Below, one piece after another: positions 50,341 through 63,099 of a stretch of 64,000 bases of DNA. Origin of the DNA: Oikopleura dioica (taxonomy: Eukaryota > Animalia > Chordata); contig OU015569.1 in the NCBI GenBank assembly GCA_907165135.1, forward strand, positions 2,170,001 through 2,234,000. Direction: 5' to 3'. Under the pieces are notes generated by a model that was not told the origin of the DNA, did no database searches, and saw only the letters and a program-made list of their open reading frames with translations. The translations under genes and the position numbers were made by a program. Every line of letters starts with the position of its first letter. Within the stretch, counting starts at the first letter, position 1.

Positions 50341-51117
50341 AAAGTTATAAAAAAAATTTTTTAAAAGTAGTTATTTTAGAGAAAAATGGAGCTTCGTTTT
50401 TATGAACCATGACTTAGATTTCCGAGCCTAGTACTAACAAAATATTGTTATTAAAAATGTTGATTGTAATAAATAAAAAGTACCTAGAGGCGTTGGTGAT
50501 TTTTAGTTCTGGAAGAGTGAGGTGTTTCTCTATTGGCGTTTAGTTATGAAGATAGTAGACTTATAAAGGAGTAGATTGTGATTTGAGTGATCGAACTTTA
50601 CACAAGTCACTGTGCTCAAATATTTGTCGATTATTCTCTCAATAAGTAGTAGCCGCGGAGAGGAGAGACACATGCTGGTGCCGATCGCGGCCACATGGCA
50701 ACTAAGCCGCCCATAAAAGAGATTGATACTTTCTGCACAACATTAGTACTACGGTACCCAATAAATAACGTGCATTCACATTCTGACTCAGGAAAAAAGG
50801 AAACTAGGAGTAAAATTGATTGACAGCGAAAAGCACCACAAGCGTCTAGAAGCGACACACAGAGGGCGAATAGCCGCAAACGAGCTATCCCAGCTCTCTA
50901 GCACTCGAAAATCTTCATTTTTGTCTAGTACCAATTTATTGATTTCAGTAATTTAGGACTAAACATATCAAAAATTTATGAAGCGTTCGTTGCCTTTTTC
51001 CTTAAATTTAAGCTAGACTTGTCATTTGAAAGGATTCTAGCGCCCAAAGGTTACCGAGTCCAGACTTGAAGTCATTGATTCCACGAATAATACACGATTG
51101 AGTTGACCCAAGCAGTA

Positions 51118-51362
51118 CTGGGCTCGGCAACCTGAGTAAAAAACATGAGTCAGGGTTCATAAGATTACAAATGAAAAGCCGCGTAGCGGCTTTTTTAAAA
51201 ACGAAGCCGCGAAGCGGCTTCGCCAGAAGTTAAAAATAAGATTGAAGAATAATATTGCGAAGCCGCTTAGCGGCTTCGTTTTTAAAAAAGCCGCTACGCG
51301 GCTTTTCATTTGTAATCTTATGAACCCTGACTCAGGTTTTTTACTCAGGTTGCCGAGCCCAG
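51118..51362. mobile_element. 245-bp foldback MITE with 8-bp TSD (hAT/P-type)
   Basis: Near-perfect TIRs of about 110 bp beginning CTGGGCTCGGCAACCTGAG, and TSD AAGCAGTA (51110-51117 and 51363-51370). Confidence 0.93.
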
Positions 51363-53161
51363 AAGCAGTACCTTTTAGAAGTCAAAATAAGGGGATTCGT
51401 TAGAGTCTTCAAAATTGAAAAAAAAACTCTTAGCGAAAATCTCGATCTTCTCTATTTTTTCTGAAAGAGAAAGAGAGAGTGAGAGTGATTTAAATAAGAA
51501 GTAAGGAACAAAAGGCTTGAGTGGTCAAAAAACTTTTCTTTACATTTCTACTTCGGAGGTGCCATTTATCGACGGATTCTTTCTATTTGAAATCGCAGTT
51601 GCGTACTTTTCTACTTTCTAATGACGAAATACAACATTTCGCTGCTTTGAAATTCTAGCTGAAAGTCAAGTTGAACAAGTTGGCGAAAATGAGCAACACC
51701 AGAATCGGATATTCTTGAATGAGGCGTGTATCTCTCTGCCCGCTTCTCTGTGCTGGAAGAGGATCTCATTTTATTATTTCATTTTGACGATTGTTAATTC
51801 GATTAATCAAAATTCAGCCGTCGTGGAATTTTACGATCTATAGGCGCTCTTTCCTTTTCGATTTACATTTTTTCAGTTTGAAAAAAAAGAGAGAAAAAAG
51901 GCGAATTTATTGAAATGTTAATAGAAAACTGATGATGATCCTAACATTATCGCCTTCAAGAGAAGCTGAGAAACTGTTTTCAACGACTTATAAATTGTGC
52001 TATTATTCATTATGAAATGTTTACTTTATCTTTAATATTTATTAGTTCTAATAAAAATGCAATTCCCTACTTATTTTATATACGATCGAATATTTCTACC
52101 ATTAAAAATTTTCTACTGCAAATAAATAAATGAGCTATCAAAAACGAAGATGCGTCAATAATCTAATGTAAGAAAAAAAAAGAGAGGTGATAAATAGCTA
52201 ATTTAAGAGCTAGATGAAATAGTAGGCCAAAAGTCCCAGGGCTTAGCTTTTCATTTATGGCTCATAAATCTTGCCCTGGCTCGAAGTTTGGCCGGACGTA
52301 CTGGCAATTCTATGATGCTAGGTGTCGAGAATTAGATAGTTTTCTTCTTTAGATCGCCTTTCTCTCCCTTGTTTCGCCAAAGGTGATGAGTTATGTCTCT
52401 GTCAAATGCACACTTAATCGTGTTTTCTATTTTGTTCGAGTTAGGGCTGCCTGGGTCGGCTTACCTCGCGAGGGGGCTTTCTTTACAGTCACACCCGTAT
52501 ATCCGAGTAGCGTTCGAAATGAGCTCTTATCAGAATTTGTGAGCGCTCAAGCATTAACAGAGCAATTTTGAGCGCGAGTTAACACAGAACACACACTGTA
52601 AGCAAAAATAACAAAACTGCGATTTACAGATAGTTCTACATTAAATTAAACTCGACCCTTCATCGCGTCTATTAGCAGTAGTGGCGTCAAAGTAAATTCA
52701 AAAGAAGAAGGAAGCATTATTTTTTTCAAAATTACACGATGAATTTTCTGATTAACCAATTACATTGTATACGATTAGAGCAATTTTTGAATCAGTAATA
52801 AAAGAAGACTTTTTTTTTACAAGGATCTCCTTGTTGTTTGCACTCGGAAGGGAGCTTCCGCGCTGCGGGTCCAGAAGGATTTGAGAATTTATAGGCTCCT
52901 TTCGTCGCTATAAAACCTTCTCTAGTTGTGATAAGAGGACCATGTACCGTAATTTGTTCACACTTGGCGCGATCTGCGCACAAGCCAACATAATTTCGAT
53001 AGCGATAATAGCACGTGCAGCGAGAACAGATTGACAGCTTGTAGTAAGTAAAGACATACAGCTACCAAGTAGCTAGTTCTTGTTTTTTGCGTAACGCAAT
53101 AATTCACTCGCTTATTCTTGAAGCTCATGAACCTCCATGAACCGAAATATGTCCTTCTATT

Positions 53162-53446
53162 TGACTCGGATTGTTAATAATTATGAGAAACAAGACGAAC
53201 ATGGCGATCTATTTTTACTGTACTAGGGGGTTACTATTACTTCTAGAGGCGATTTTCTGGAAGTTAGATTTTATGGATGTTAGATTTTCTGGAAAAGGCG
53301 ATTTTCTGGAACTTCCAGAAAGTCTAATATTCCAGAAAATCTAACTTTCAGAAAATCGCCTCTCTCAGTAATAGTACCCCCATAGTACAGTAAAAATAGA
53401 TCGCCATGTTCGTCTTGTTTCTTATAATTATTAACAATCCGAGTCA
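53162..53446. repeat. 285-bp near-perfect palindrome (MITE-like, no TSD found)
   Basis: TGACTCGGATTGTTAATAATTAT... pairs with ...ATAATTATTAACAATCCGAGTCA, with inner GATTTTCTGGAA/TTCCAGAAAATC repeats. Confidence 0.88.
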
Positions 53447-54212
53447 CTTCGAGAGGCTTCAAACTCTTTAAAATTCTTCGACCAAAAGAGACTTTACTAT
53501 TTAAAATAAAATAACATTGAAATCAACAAGTTCAAATAAGTCTTAGAAACCAACCTTGCTGTTGATGAAATTTATCAATCGGCGTTTATCCCTTCTGCTT
53601 AAATTTCCTCTCATAGTTCGAATTATCAAAAGTAAGCCATCAAAAATTGTATTTTTAAAAAAAGATCAGCAGTTGCAAGTTGCAAGTTCTTGTCAGGACG
53701 AAAAAAGGCTCCTTTTGAAAGTTGCCGAGTTCACATTTCATCGCCTATTTGATCATTTATCAGGATCAATTATAATTTGCCAGGTCAACAATCAACGCAA
53801 AGACGATCAGAGCATTTTTCCAGTAATACTATTTTTGTAATTGCTGAACCTGGCGTGTTTGTCTGCTAGTCCCCGGCGACCATGAACGACTATTAGGGGG
53901 AATTCTCCTTTTACAACTGACAGGTTAATGTCCGGATATTCACGCATTTCCGCTGCCTCGTCCATCTCTATTATTTCTCCAAGTGAAAATCAGGCTCTAA
54001 TTTAGCGCTTGATTTTGATCCACTCTTGATTGTTTTATCGCTAGTAGTTGCTTCCATGCTATTCTTTCTAAGCGAAGCGTTGAAATCATGGAAGACACGC
54101 GCTACCTTTGAATTTGTAAACTAAACTTACTATCGCCGTTCATCTTATCTTTCATTTTCGGCCATTTTCGAAACTTCGCCAGAATTTTAAAATATTTTGG
54201 AATGGTTATTTT

Positions 54213-54319
54213 GCGAAGCCGCTTTGCGGCTTCGTTTCTAAAAGAAGCCGCTACGCGGCTTTTTCATTAAAGATCTTTCAAACCCTGACTCAGGTTTTTA
54301 CACAGGTTGCCGAGCTCAG
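54213..54319. repeat. Right-half fragment of the 51118 MITE family
   Basis: GCGAAGCCGC...CCCTGACTCAGG...GGTTGCCGAGCTCAG. Confidence 0.85.
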
Positions 54320-55350
54320 CTGTAGGTTCAATAAGCGAATCTACAGTCATCCAGAAGCTCCATCGGAAGATAGCTCTTTCAAGACTCGGACGCGTTGAAT
54401 TTTTCAATGCCAATAATTTAAAATTCATTCGCGCGTTGAATAAATCTTGCTGTGAAATAATTGATGGGCGCTGTTTTTAGACGGTGCTAGAAATTCTGAT
54501 TTGGAAGAGTACGGGGCTTCGCGCATAGTTAAAAATTGAAGACTGATATTTATCGGTTTAAATATGCGTCGGGAGTTCTTTACGAGATGATGGCAAGAAT
54601 GGTTAAATTTGGAAATATCTCACCTGTGTATTTCCAAGATGGGCCGACAGAGGGAGCGTCACGTGCTGCAGCCCTTGCATGGCCGGTTGTTGGACTAAAT
54701 AATACTTTTTAAGTTTATTTAATCAACCTATATTCACGTGACTTCAATCAGACCGGTTCAAGTGAATGTGAAGAGTAAATAAAACTCCAGATCGATTATC
54801 ATAACTTCATAATCGATCCATTATCGTAAAATAGGCTAACCAAAGTGGTCGAAAACTGATCTCGGTTTGGTAACTCATTTTCATTATCAAAAAGAACTTC
54901 AAATAACAAACTCTTGAAATGAAAATTTCAAACAGTAAATCGTCGTTTTTTGAAGCTTCTTTTAGGGAGTCTAAAAAGAACTTTGGCGCGAGGCAGAGAG
55001 CGGGTAGGATTGATGTGAGAACATTGTGCTAAAAGCACTTGATAAACGATCCTGTTCGAACCTGTGTCGAGTACCACTCGAGGCACTTTCGCCGAATTTT
55101 ACCCGCTGAAAGACGCAGGCGGCAGGAAAATCAGCTACTACCCGCGGCCCTCGGGGGCAACTTTCTCCTCGCCTTTCGACTTTCGAGTTTTGTTTTGTTT
55201 ATGTCAACAAAAGTCAACAGTAATGTTAATGCGTGCAAATAGTTACGTGTGCTTTACTTCTTATTTCTATTAAAATCTCGGAAAATTCTATTAAAAAATC
55301 ACGATTAATTTTATAATGAAAAAAAGGCGATTTATATATTCATGTTTGCT

Positions 55351-55515
55351 ACCTTTCATATATTGCATTGGAGCTTGAGCTCCGCCGAGCATCATAGGCG
55401 TGAGCATAGAAAACTGCAGGGCTTGATTCTGGAGTTGATTCGACGCCATCAAAGCGGCCGTCGACGCAGCAGGCTCCCTGGTTGGCGTCTGGGGACTTTT
55501 AAAGAGTCCGCTCAT
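55351..55515 (-). CDS. Probable first coding exon (MSGLFKSPQTPTREP...MQYMK|GT), likely of the ZNF385-like gene
   Basis: ATG, a Q/M/A-rich peptide resembling the ZNF385-like C-terminus, a GT donor, and no other minus-strand gene recognised between here and 49.9 kb. Confidence 0.45.
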
Positions 55516-56971
55516 CTCTTCTTTCTCTTTCTTATCTTCGTGTATCAGTTCTCTACTACTGTGCTTTAGAATCCTTTCCGGCTCTTCGAGGGAATCGTCT
55601 CTCGCCGCTGCCCGTGGCTCCGTCAGCTCGCGAATTGAGCAGCGCCTCTTTGGCGCCGCCGCGACTGAGCTTAGCCGAGCAAACTTGGCTCCACCAGAGT
55701 TTCAAGCTCAATCCGCCTATCATCTCTTCTCCTATCTTGTCAAGGTCAAAGAAGCCTCTCTCGCATCAGTGTTTCCTCAAAACAGGCAAATGAAAAGACG
55801 CTCGCTCAAAATTATGATGGATCACCGTCTGATAATTAGCCACAGTAGAAAATCGACAAACACAAACTTACTTCGACCATTTATCTGTTTAGCGCCAACT
55901 AGAAGCTTCCGAAACTTAAGACATCTCAATAAACTAAATAAAATTAATTAAAAGTATTCTCATTTTATTGAAAATCCATGGCAGATTTTGAACTATAGAA
56001 AGTTCTTGATAAAGATTATTTTAAAGAGATTTTAAAAGCAAAATTATTTTTTAAGAACAAGAAAAAATACAGCTTCGGAATCATGGAGGATAAATATTTC
56101 GCGAACTTAAATTTCGAAAGAATAACAATTTCGTCGTTCAAAGATACCAAGTGGCAGTTTATTAAGACTCGGGCAAACATCGTTTAGTGCGTAATTCGTT
56201 ATTTAGCTTAAATGGCAGGTGGATTAGCTGCATTTTGACAAACGGAAGGTTGAGCTCCATGTAAGTTGACGCGGCCCCCTGCTCGCATACGTAGCTTCAA
56301 CAAAAACATCGTTGATCTTAACGGGCGGTTAAATATTTTTCTTCTTTTCAACTGCTTAGCCAATGGCCACTGCGCTCCTAAGTAAACCGGTCGGTAGCAG
56401 TTACAAATTAAACTTGATTCCTTGCTTGAGGAGCTACTCGTCCCCTGGGCAGTAGTAATTACGGAGACGGGCACAGAAAATCAAGAAGCATGGCCCGAGA
56501 TGAATAGAATTATTGATACCCAAAACTGCGATTAATTTTTCAGTGCGCTAGAAACTCTTTTCTTCTTTCTTCACTTCGAGGTTTCGGTTTATTGGCTCAC
56601 ATGGCACCTAGGCGCAATGATAACACAAATCGTACAACACTCGGGCCACCTGTAGGGCGTCGCAAGTACTCGATATTTTTTCGAGTTCTCATTGATCTCA
56701 CTGTAACCCGCTAAAGCGTGAAATGAGCATATTTTTCGTCAGATTTCTTCATTTCTGTTTGCGTAATAATGTGTTTACATACTGTATGTAACATACAGTA
56801 AGTAGTAGTACATTATAACGGTTTTATTGAGAGTTATTTATCATAACCGAAGTCAACTGCAACTTTTTTCAAGAAGTCTCTTGAAGGATAAGAGACCTGC
56901 TCGGTGCAAACTTGGAAGTTTGAAAACTTTGATCTTGAAACTCTAACAAATTCCGCCGATGTTTTGCCCGT

Positions 56972-57004
56972 CTCTCTATCTCTTTCTCTCTCTCTCTCTC
57001 TCTC
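56972..57004. repeat. (CT)n microsatellite
   Basis: Direct reading. Confidence 0.8.
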
Positions 57005-57496
57005 TGTTTTAAATGTGCTCGGTCGTGTGTGCTCAACAATCGGATAGAAAGTTGCAGCTATGACCAGAGTGAGCTCGATGGTCCTAGCGGGAACTTTTTA
57101 GGCGCATGCTGGCTTGCATTGAAAAAAAAAGAGTTTATCGTGCTGCGTCAAAGCAGTGTTCTGGCTGATTAGAGAGAGCACTAGAGCCGAATTCATCGCT
57201 CGAAGATATCTTCAATCATTCTCACTAATGGCAGCTGGGCCGGGCCTGGGGCCCTTTAGCATACATTCCTCCCATCCGACACCACATCCGGACGCTCATG
57301 TTTGACACAAAGCTATCTACTATCAAGCTAATTTGAGATGATAACAGCTCCAGTTTTCAAACATTGTTTTTATGTCATTCCAATAGAACAAAATCCGCCT
57401 ATTGCTTCTAGTAAGGCTTTTTCCTGGCAGTTGCTGCAACCATGATCAATTTTAAATGGCCATGATCAACGTGGATAAGTCAGAAATTGTCTTGAG

Positions 57497-60029
57497 TTGG
57501 AGGATCTTTCTCGCTCCCCTCTGTCTCCCGGATATGGATTTACCAGCTCATTCGCGATTAACTTCACCATGATGACGATTGAGTTTTATAAAAAGCGATT
57601 TGCGGAGAGATTCAAGAGACGTTTTGGCCCCGGTGCTGTTGTAATTTGCACTTGCGGTAGTATGAGCTGCACAACTCCAACAATTCAGTTCAAAGTGGCG
57701 AAAGGGAAGGGTTTCCCACCTTGTAGATTTTCTTTCTCTTTCTACAGGCGGCAAACTTTTCAAGAAAATCTGATGCGAATCAACCGGGAGATTGACGTCC
57801 ACGAAGCCTACATGATTCAAGCTGTTCAGAAACAAGCATGTTCCTTGCGAAACTCTGCTGTATCCATTTTTGAGGCAGTCTGAAAGTCTCTTTCCAATCT
57901 TTATTATGATGCTTTTAGGAACTGAATTTTCGAATGAAATTTCCGGAAACGGCCAGAAGCATGTGGACTTTGTATGGCGGATATCATCGTGAGTTTATGC
58001 CAGGCTTCAGGCAAAACATCATCCATGAAATCAAAAAGACCACACTCCACCAGCATCGAGCAGCTCCCATCGGCTGCATCCACGGACCAATTTCCCCATT
58101 CAGATCCCAAATTGTCAGGAATCGTTTTATCAAAATTGAAAAAAATCGTCTATTCTATTGATAAATCGACGAAGGGATGACCAAGGGAAAGTATACAAGA
58201 TTGGAGATCAGGCTACTTTTATCATTGTTCCGAGAGATGCTAATGGACAGGAAAAGGTCATGAATATATAAATAATATATATAAATAATAAATAATATTC
58301 TTAAAGTTAAAGTTAGTTCATATTCATGACTTTTTCAAGTTCATTTTCCAGAAAAAAGTTCCCGAGAAGCAGCCATTCGTGGTAAAAATATATCCCGAAG
58401 TCCACAAGATCACAGTATATCCATGTTTGAATGCTGCTAAAAAGCTCTTTGTCAAGGTGAATTTTTTGATTTTTTATATAACACGGATGAAAATTAGGTC
58501 GATGTCGATCTGCTTGAAGAAGGAGAATTCAACGTCCAGGTGATCTTGAACTGGTATGGAATCATATCGAAGCCATTCCCAATCACCGTCGATGGCTTTG
58601 ATCGTTCCCTCATTTCTTTCATAGACGAAGATCGTGAACAGTAAGGTCATAATGGTAACTGTTATCATAATTTTCTGAAGAGAGGTTAAAAACCAGCCAG
58701 ACATCGTCAGTGGTCACGGACACGGCGACGACCAAGTCAATCGCGCTTGGGGGGTCTGTGCTCTTCCAGGCGGACTTTTCGCTGTTGGGGATCGAGGCAA
58801 CCATCAAGTAAAAGTCTTCACAACAAGAGGGGAAATAGTCGACATCTACCCTCCGAGAATGACTCCTGGCGAGCCTATGCCCCCAAGCACAGAACGAGGT
58901 AAATCTCAACACATGCTTATATTTTCGATTTTCAGGATTATTTGACAAACCCTGCGGACTTGCGTACACAAGAACTCCCGAATCAGCGATCGTAGTTGCA
59001 GACAAGGACAATCACAGGGTTGCAATTTTGCTGTGGGACAAGAAGAGGAATAAGCTCAAGTACGAGTGAGTAATAATTGAATGAAACCTGTTTTAATTCT
59101 ATAGTCGAGCTTTTGGAAAAGAGGGAACGAAGATCGGACAGTTCAAGTATCCATGGGACGTTTCAGTGAATTTAAGCGGAGAAATCGCCGTTTCGGACTC
59201 TCGAAATTGGCGTGTTCAGGTTTTGCCAGAATTACGAACTTGGACAATCATGCAATGTTTTTTAGCTCTTCACATTCCTTGGAGACTATATCGCATCGTT
59301 CGGATATGGGAACGAACCCGAGCATCTCAAAGCATCAGTCTTCACCAGTTCACGGCCGTTGAACTACCCACGAGGAATCGTCTTTGACAAGAAAGGAAAC
59401 TTGCTTGTCACTGATTTCAATGCGCACACTGTCACGATCATCGACCCCGAGTTCAAGAAGTCAATGCAATTCGGCTGCTCCCAAAAGGCAGCAAACGGAG
59501 CGCCCTCTCCGCCTTCTTTGTCACCGCCTTCGTTCTCTCCACCTCACCGAGATGACTTGGACTGGTCGACACTGGACATTTCCGATAACGATAGCAGCAG
59601 TGAAGAGGAGCAACAACAGACCAGCAGTGCATTTATGCATTATTTTGACTTGAATAAAGACGAAGAGATCGATCATGTGATCATGGAAAGGAATGGCTTC
59701 AGATCATGTGAGGAGATCAAAAATGAAATAGCAATCTCAAGCCAAATAAGACCAGCCGGTATTGCCATCGACAGAGACGGAAATTTCTATGTTGCTGTGT
59801 GCAAATTTCGTAAAATTTACGTACGTTTTCTTATCATTCAAAATGGAGACAAAAAAGGGTTTAGGTATTCAATCCTGATCGAACTCTCCGGGGCAAAATC
59901 ATCAACGAAAATCTGCGAAAACCAGCAGGAATCTGCATCACAACCGAAGGAAGACTGGTTGTGGTCGAAGAAGGCGAAAACGATCGAATTTCAACTGTTG
60001 AGGACCAACACCGAATTCTTATTTTCTAA
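57497..60029 (+). CDS. NHL-repeat beta-propeller protein (TRIM71/LIN-41/Brat-like C-terminus); 5' end unresolved
   Basis: Six NHL-type blades: VNRAWGVC...[18 protein letters not shown]...[16 protein letters not shown]...[18 protein letters not shown]...[14 protein letters not shown] and LRKPAGICI. No clear RING or B-box was seen upstream. Confidence 0.88.
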
Positions 60030-60161
60030 TTTCCGAAATGTACAGTACATTGGGTTCCTCTTCTCTCCGCCGAACTCTACTTTTTAAATTGAAATCGTAT
60101 CTTCTCAAAGTCTCCGTTTTAGCATGTTTGACAATTATAGATAATAAAAGAAACAGAGTCG

Positions 60162-60743
60162 AAATTTATGTGTTTTGCTAGTGTATTTGCAGGCAGGAAT
60201 GTGCCTCCGCAGTGCGGATTCCGCACTAAACTTCGCAGTGCGAGACTGCGGAAATTTCGCACTTCGCACTTTCCGCAGAATTTTTGAAAAGTGCGATTCT
60301 TTTCGCAGATTTTAATCAAGATAAAAAAACCGGAAGCTATGATAAAATCCTCAGATAACAGCCCGTGTTGATAGATAAGGGAAGCTATCTTGCAGCTGGA
60401 CCGCTAGAAGCGCCAAGCCCTCCATGGGTTTCTCCGATATAAATAGGAAAAAGAAAAATCAGATCTTCATCTATTCGTTGATAAAATGAAACTAAAATAA
60501 AAAACGTTTTTTGCTTCATAACTTAAAAATAAGTTATGAATCATACGACACTATTTATTTAAAACACATTTCAATTTAAGCAAGGGAAGAAAAAGAAGAA
60601 AAGAAAAAAGTTGAATTTGTCGCCCATGGTATATTTTTTCCTTCATAAAACTACTACATAAAACCTTCATAACCGGGCCCAATTCAGTGGTTTTCCAAAA
60701 TAAGAGGACCTAAATTTATGTGTTTTGCTAGTGTATTTGCAGG
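60162..60743. repeat. 32-bp direct repeat (60162-60193 and 60712-60743) flanking a hAT-like end fragment
   Basis: AAATTTATGTGTTTTGCTAGTGTATTTGCAGG occurs twice. The first copy is followed by CAGGAATGTG and TGCG/CGCA repeats. Confidence 0.75.
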
Positions 60744-60828
60744 TATAAAGGATAGTGTTGGAAGGAAAAAGAAAACTTTTTATCAATATAATATAACAGT
60801 GCGATTCTTGGGAAGGCAATTGCAGTCT

Positions 60829-62820
60829 TCACATAAAAACTCGAGTAATATTCTCCTCGTGAATCTCGTTCTGACAGAGATGGCAGTAGAACTTCGTTTG
60901 GTTTGCTAAAATAATCTTTCTTTGCGAGCTGTTTTTTGGTATCTCTTACGTTTTCGCTGCCGGGAGAATTCCATTTTTATGCAAGTCCAGCAGGCGCCGT
61001 GTCCACATGGATGGGGATTGATGTATTTGGCGTGTTTGTCGTCGTCGAACGGTCTTTAATCGGATTTGAAATGAGACAAATATATTTAATTTTGACTCAC
61101 TCGAAGCAGATCGGGCAAGTCTCGAGGCCTTCAATTTTCAATTTGAGCCTTCTGAGTTCTTCCTTGAGCGCAGCATTTTCATCCTTCAGAGCTTGTTCTG
61201 GCGAGACTACGACGGGAACGGCCTTGATTTTCTTCGCTTTATCATGTTTTCTGTTCGCATTTTCCGAGTCAGCCTGGCTTTTAGATTCTTTCGCGACAAG
61301 TTTTGCGGCCACTTGCTTATGACAGTTGGTTTTTACTTGCTTTGATCTTCCTATTGTGAGCCATTCTGCTTTATCAAAATTATCCAGCTCGAGCTGAAAT
61401 ACTTATTATCGAAAAAAGAATCAATCGCACCTGAGAAGCAGGAACACCAGATTCCCCAGAAAAGGGCTTCTCTTCACTATTTGCAAGCTGACTCGCTTTA
61501 GCGAGAAAATTTTCTTCCTTTCGCTGATTTGGCTTTTTGCATTTTTTGGCTGGCTTTTTCTTCTTTCCTTTTTTCGAGTTCTTTTTTTCTTGAGCTTTTT
61601 TATCTTCATCCTCGACCCAATCAGGAAGCTGGTACTCTTCCTTGTCGATGACGTTTATTTCGTAAATGAATCTTCCTTGGAGCCCTTGGACATTAGCTGG
61701 TTCCTTGGACTCCTTGAATTTAAGCTGCGGCGCTAAATTTTTATTAAGAAAAGGTTTCTCTTGAGAAGCTCAGCACTTTTACCATTCCCGACTGGAATCA
61801 ACAAGGTGTGGTCCTGCTCCAGATAGTTATTTTTTCTTTGAACGATGTTATGTTTGCTATGGCACTGTTCGGCAGACTCAGGATCGTACTCGCCAATAAG
61901 AAGATAAACTTGTGCTTCCTGATTTCTTTTCGCCAGCAATTCCTCGATTTCTTTCAATTTTGGTGTCTTATTTTGAATAATTCTCAGCGGTTCGTAATAT
62001 TCCATCGTCAAAGATCGCAAGTCGATATAGCATGGAGTTCCTGGCAAAAAATTATCCCGCGATGGTCGAAGTGTATATCGCCCGTTTCCGAGGTTGATCT
62101 TTCTTAGATCTCTCAACACGACGTCTTGGACAGCGTCCATCCAGCGCATCAGTGGAATCTTTTCTGAACAGTCACAGTCGTCTCCGAATCCCTCTGCGCA
62201 GACATCGGGTGAATTTTTGAAGTCAAACCATTTCTTCATGTGCTGTATTGCAAAATTCATCTGATGAATCACTCGGAAGCCGTCTTTTTCGATGTGTTCA
62301 GTAACATCATATTCTTTCTTGTCGACGACGCTTACTTGATAAAGAAATCTTCCGTGGTAGCCAGGAATGTGACATGGTTCAGTTGAACGATCGAATTTAA
62401 GTTTTGGATCTAAATTTTCAGCATTCGTAAAAAATGAGGATTTATTTTTTTACCATTTTCCTTGCCCATTGGAATCAGCAAGGTGGACTGGCCAAGACTC
62501 ACTTCTTTGTCCAAACTATCCGGTTTGACAAGTTCTTTACAAGCTCCGACGAGAATGTGTAATGGTAATCTCGTTCTTCTATTTCTTTTAGCAAGCAAAC
62601 CAGCCATTTCTTTCGACGTTTTGGTTCTGGTCAAAATAATTTTTTCGAAATTTTCTACCTCCAGCGATCGCAAGTCTATATAAGACGGAAAAGCCGAAGC
62701 GTGAAGTGAATATCGTCCTTTACTGATCTGTTCTAAGTCCCTCATTACGACTTTCCCGACATTTTCCACCATCGATTTTGCAATTAGTTTTTGTTGATTC
62801 AGTGATAATTCAGTGTTCAT
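60829..62820 (-). CDS. RING (C3HC4) finger protein with two tandem copies of an unrecognised domain of about 190 aa
   Basis: The spliced C-terminus reads CPICFE|PFDD...PCGHGACWTC...|YCHLCQ. ORFs 62410-62820 and 61733-62272 are paralogous. Confidence 0.85.
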
Positions 62821-63099
62821 TCTCTCGTAAAATACCTCAAGCTATTAGGTAAAAAGAAAACAATGCATATTCTGAAAACAAACATCGAAACTAAGAATGT
62901 ATTCTCGAGAAAAAATTTCGATCGTTCCCCTTATTTAACCAAGTCTCACAAAATCTTTATTTCGAACTGAGCAAGGACACCCTTAATCGGTAGAACTGTC
63001 AAATGCCTTATCAGTTCTTTGGTTAGCAGTGAATAATGAATGTAACGGGTGTTGAAAATGACCGAGTTAAACAATAATTTGTTTAAATCGAACGTTACG

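Noticed and set aside
50291-54319. A single 4-kb transposon bounded by the two half MITEs
   Set aside because: The flanks (ATCAAAAT versus CTGTAGGT) are not a duplication and there is no transposase ORF inside.
60030-60160. let-7 sites in the 3' UTR of the LIN-41-like gene
   Set aside because: No CTACCTC seed match was seen.
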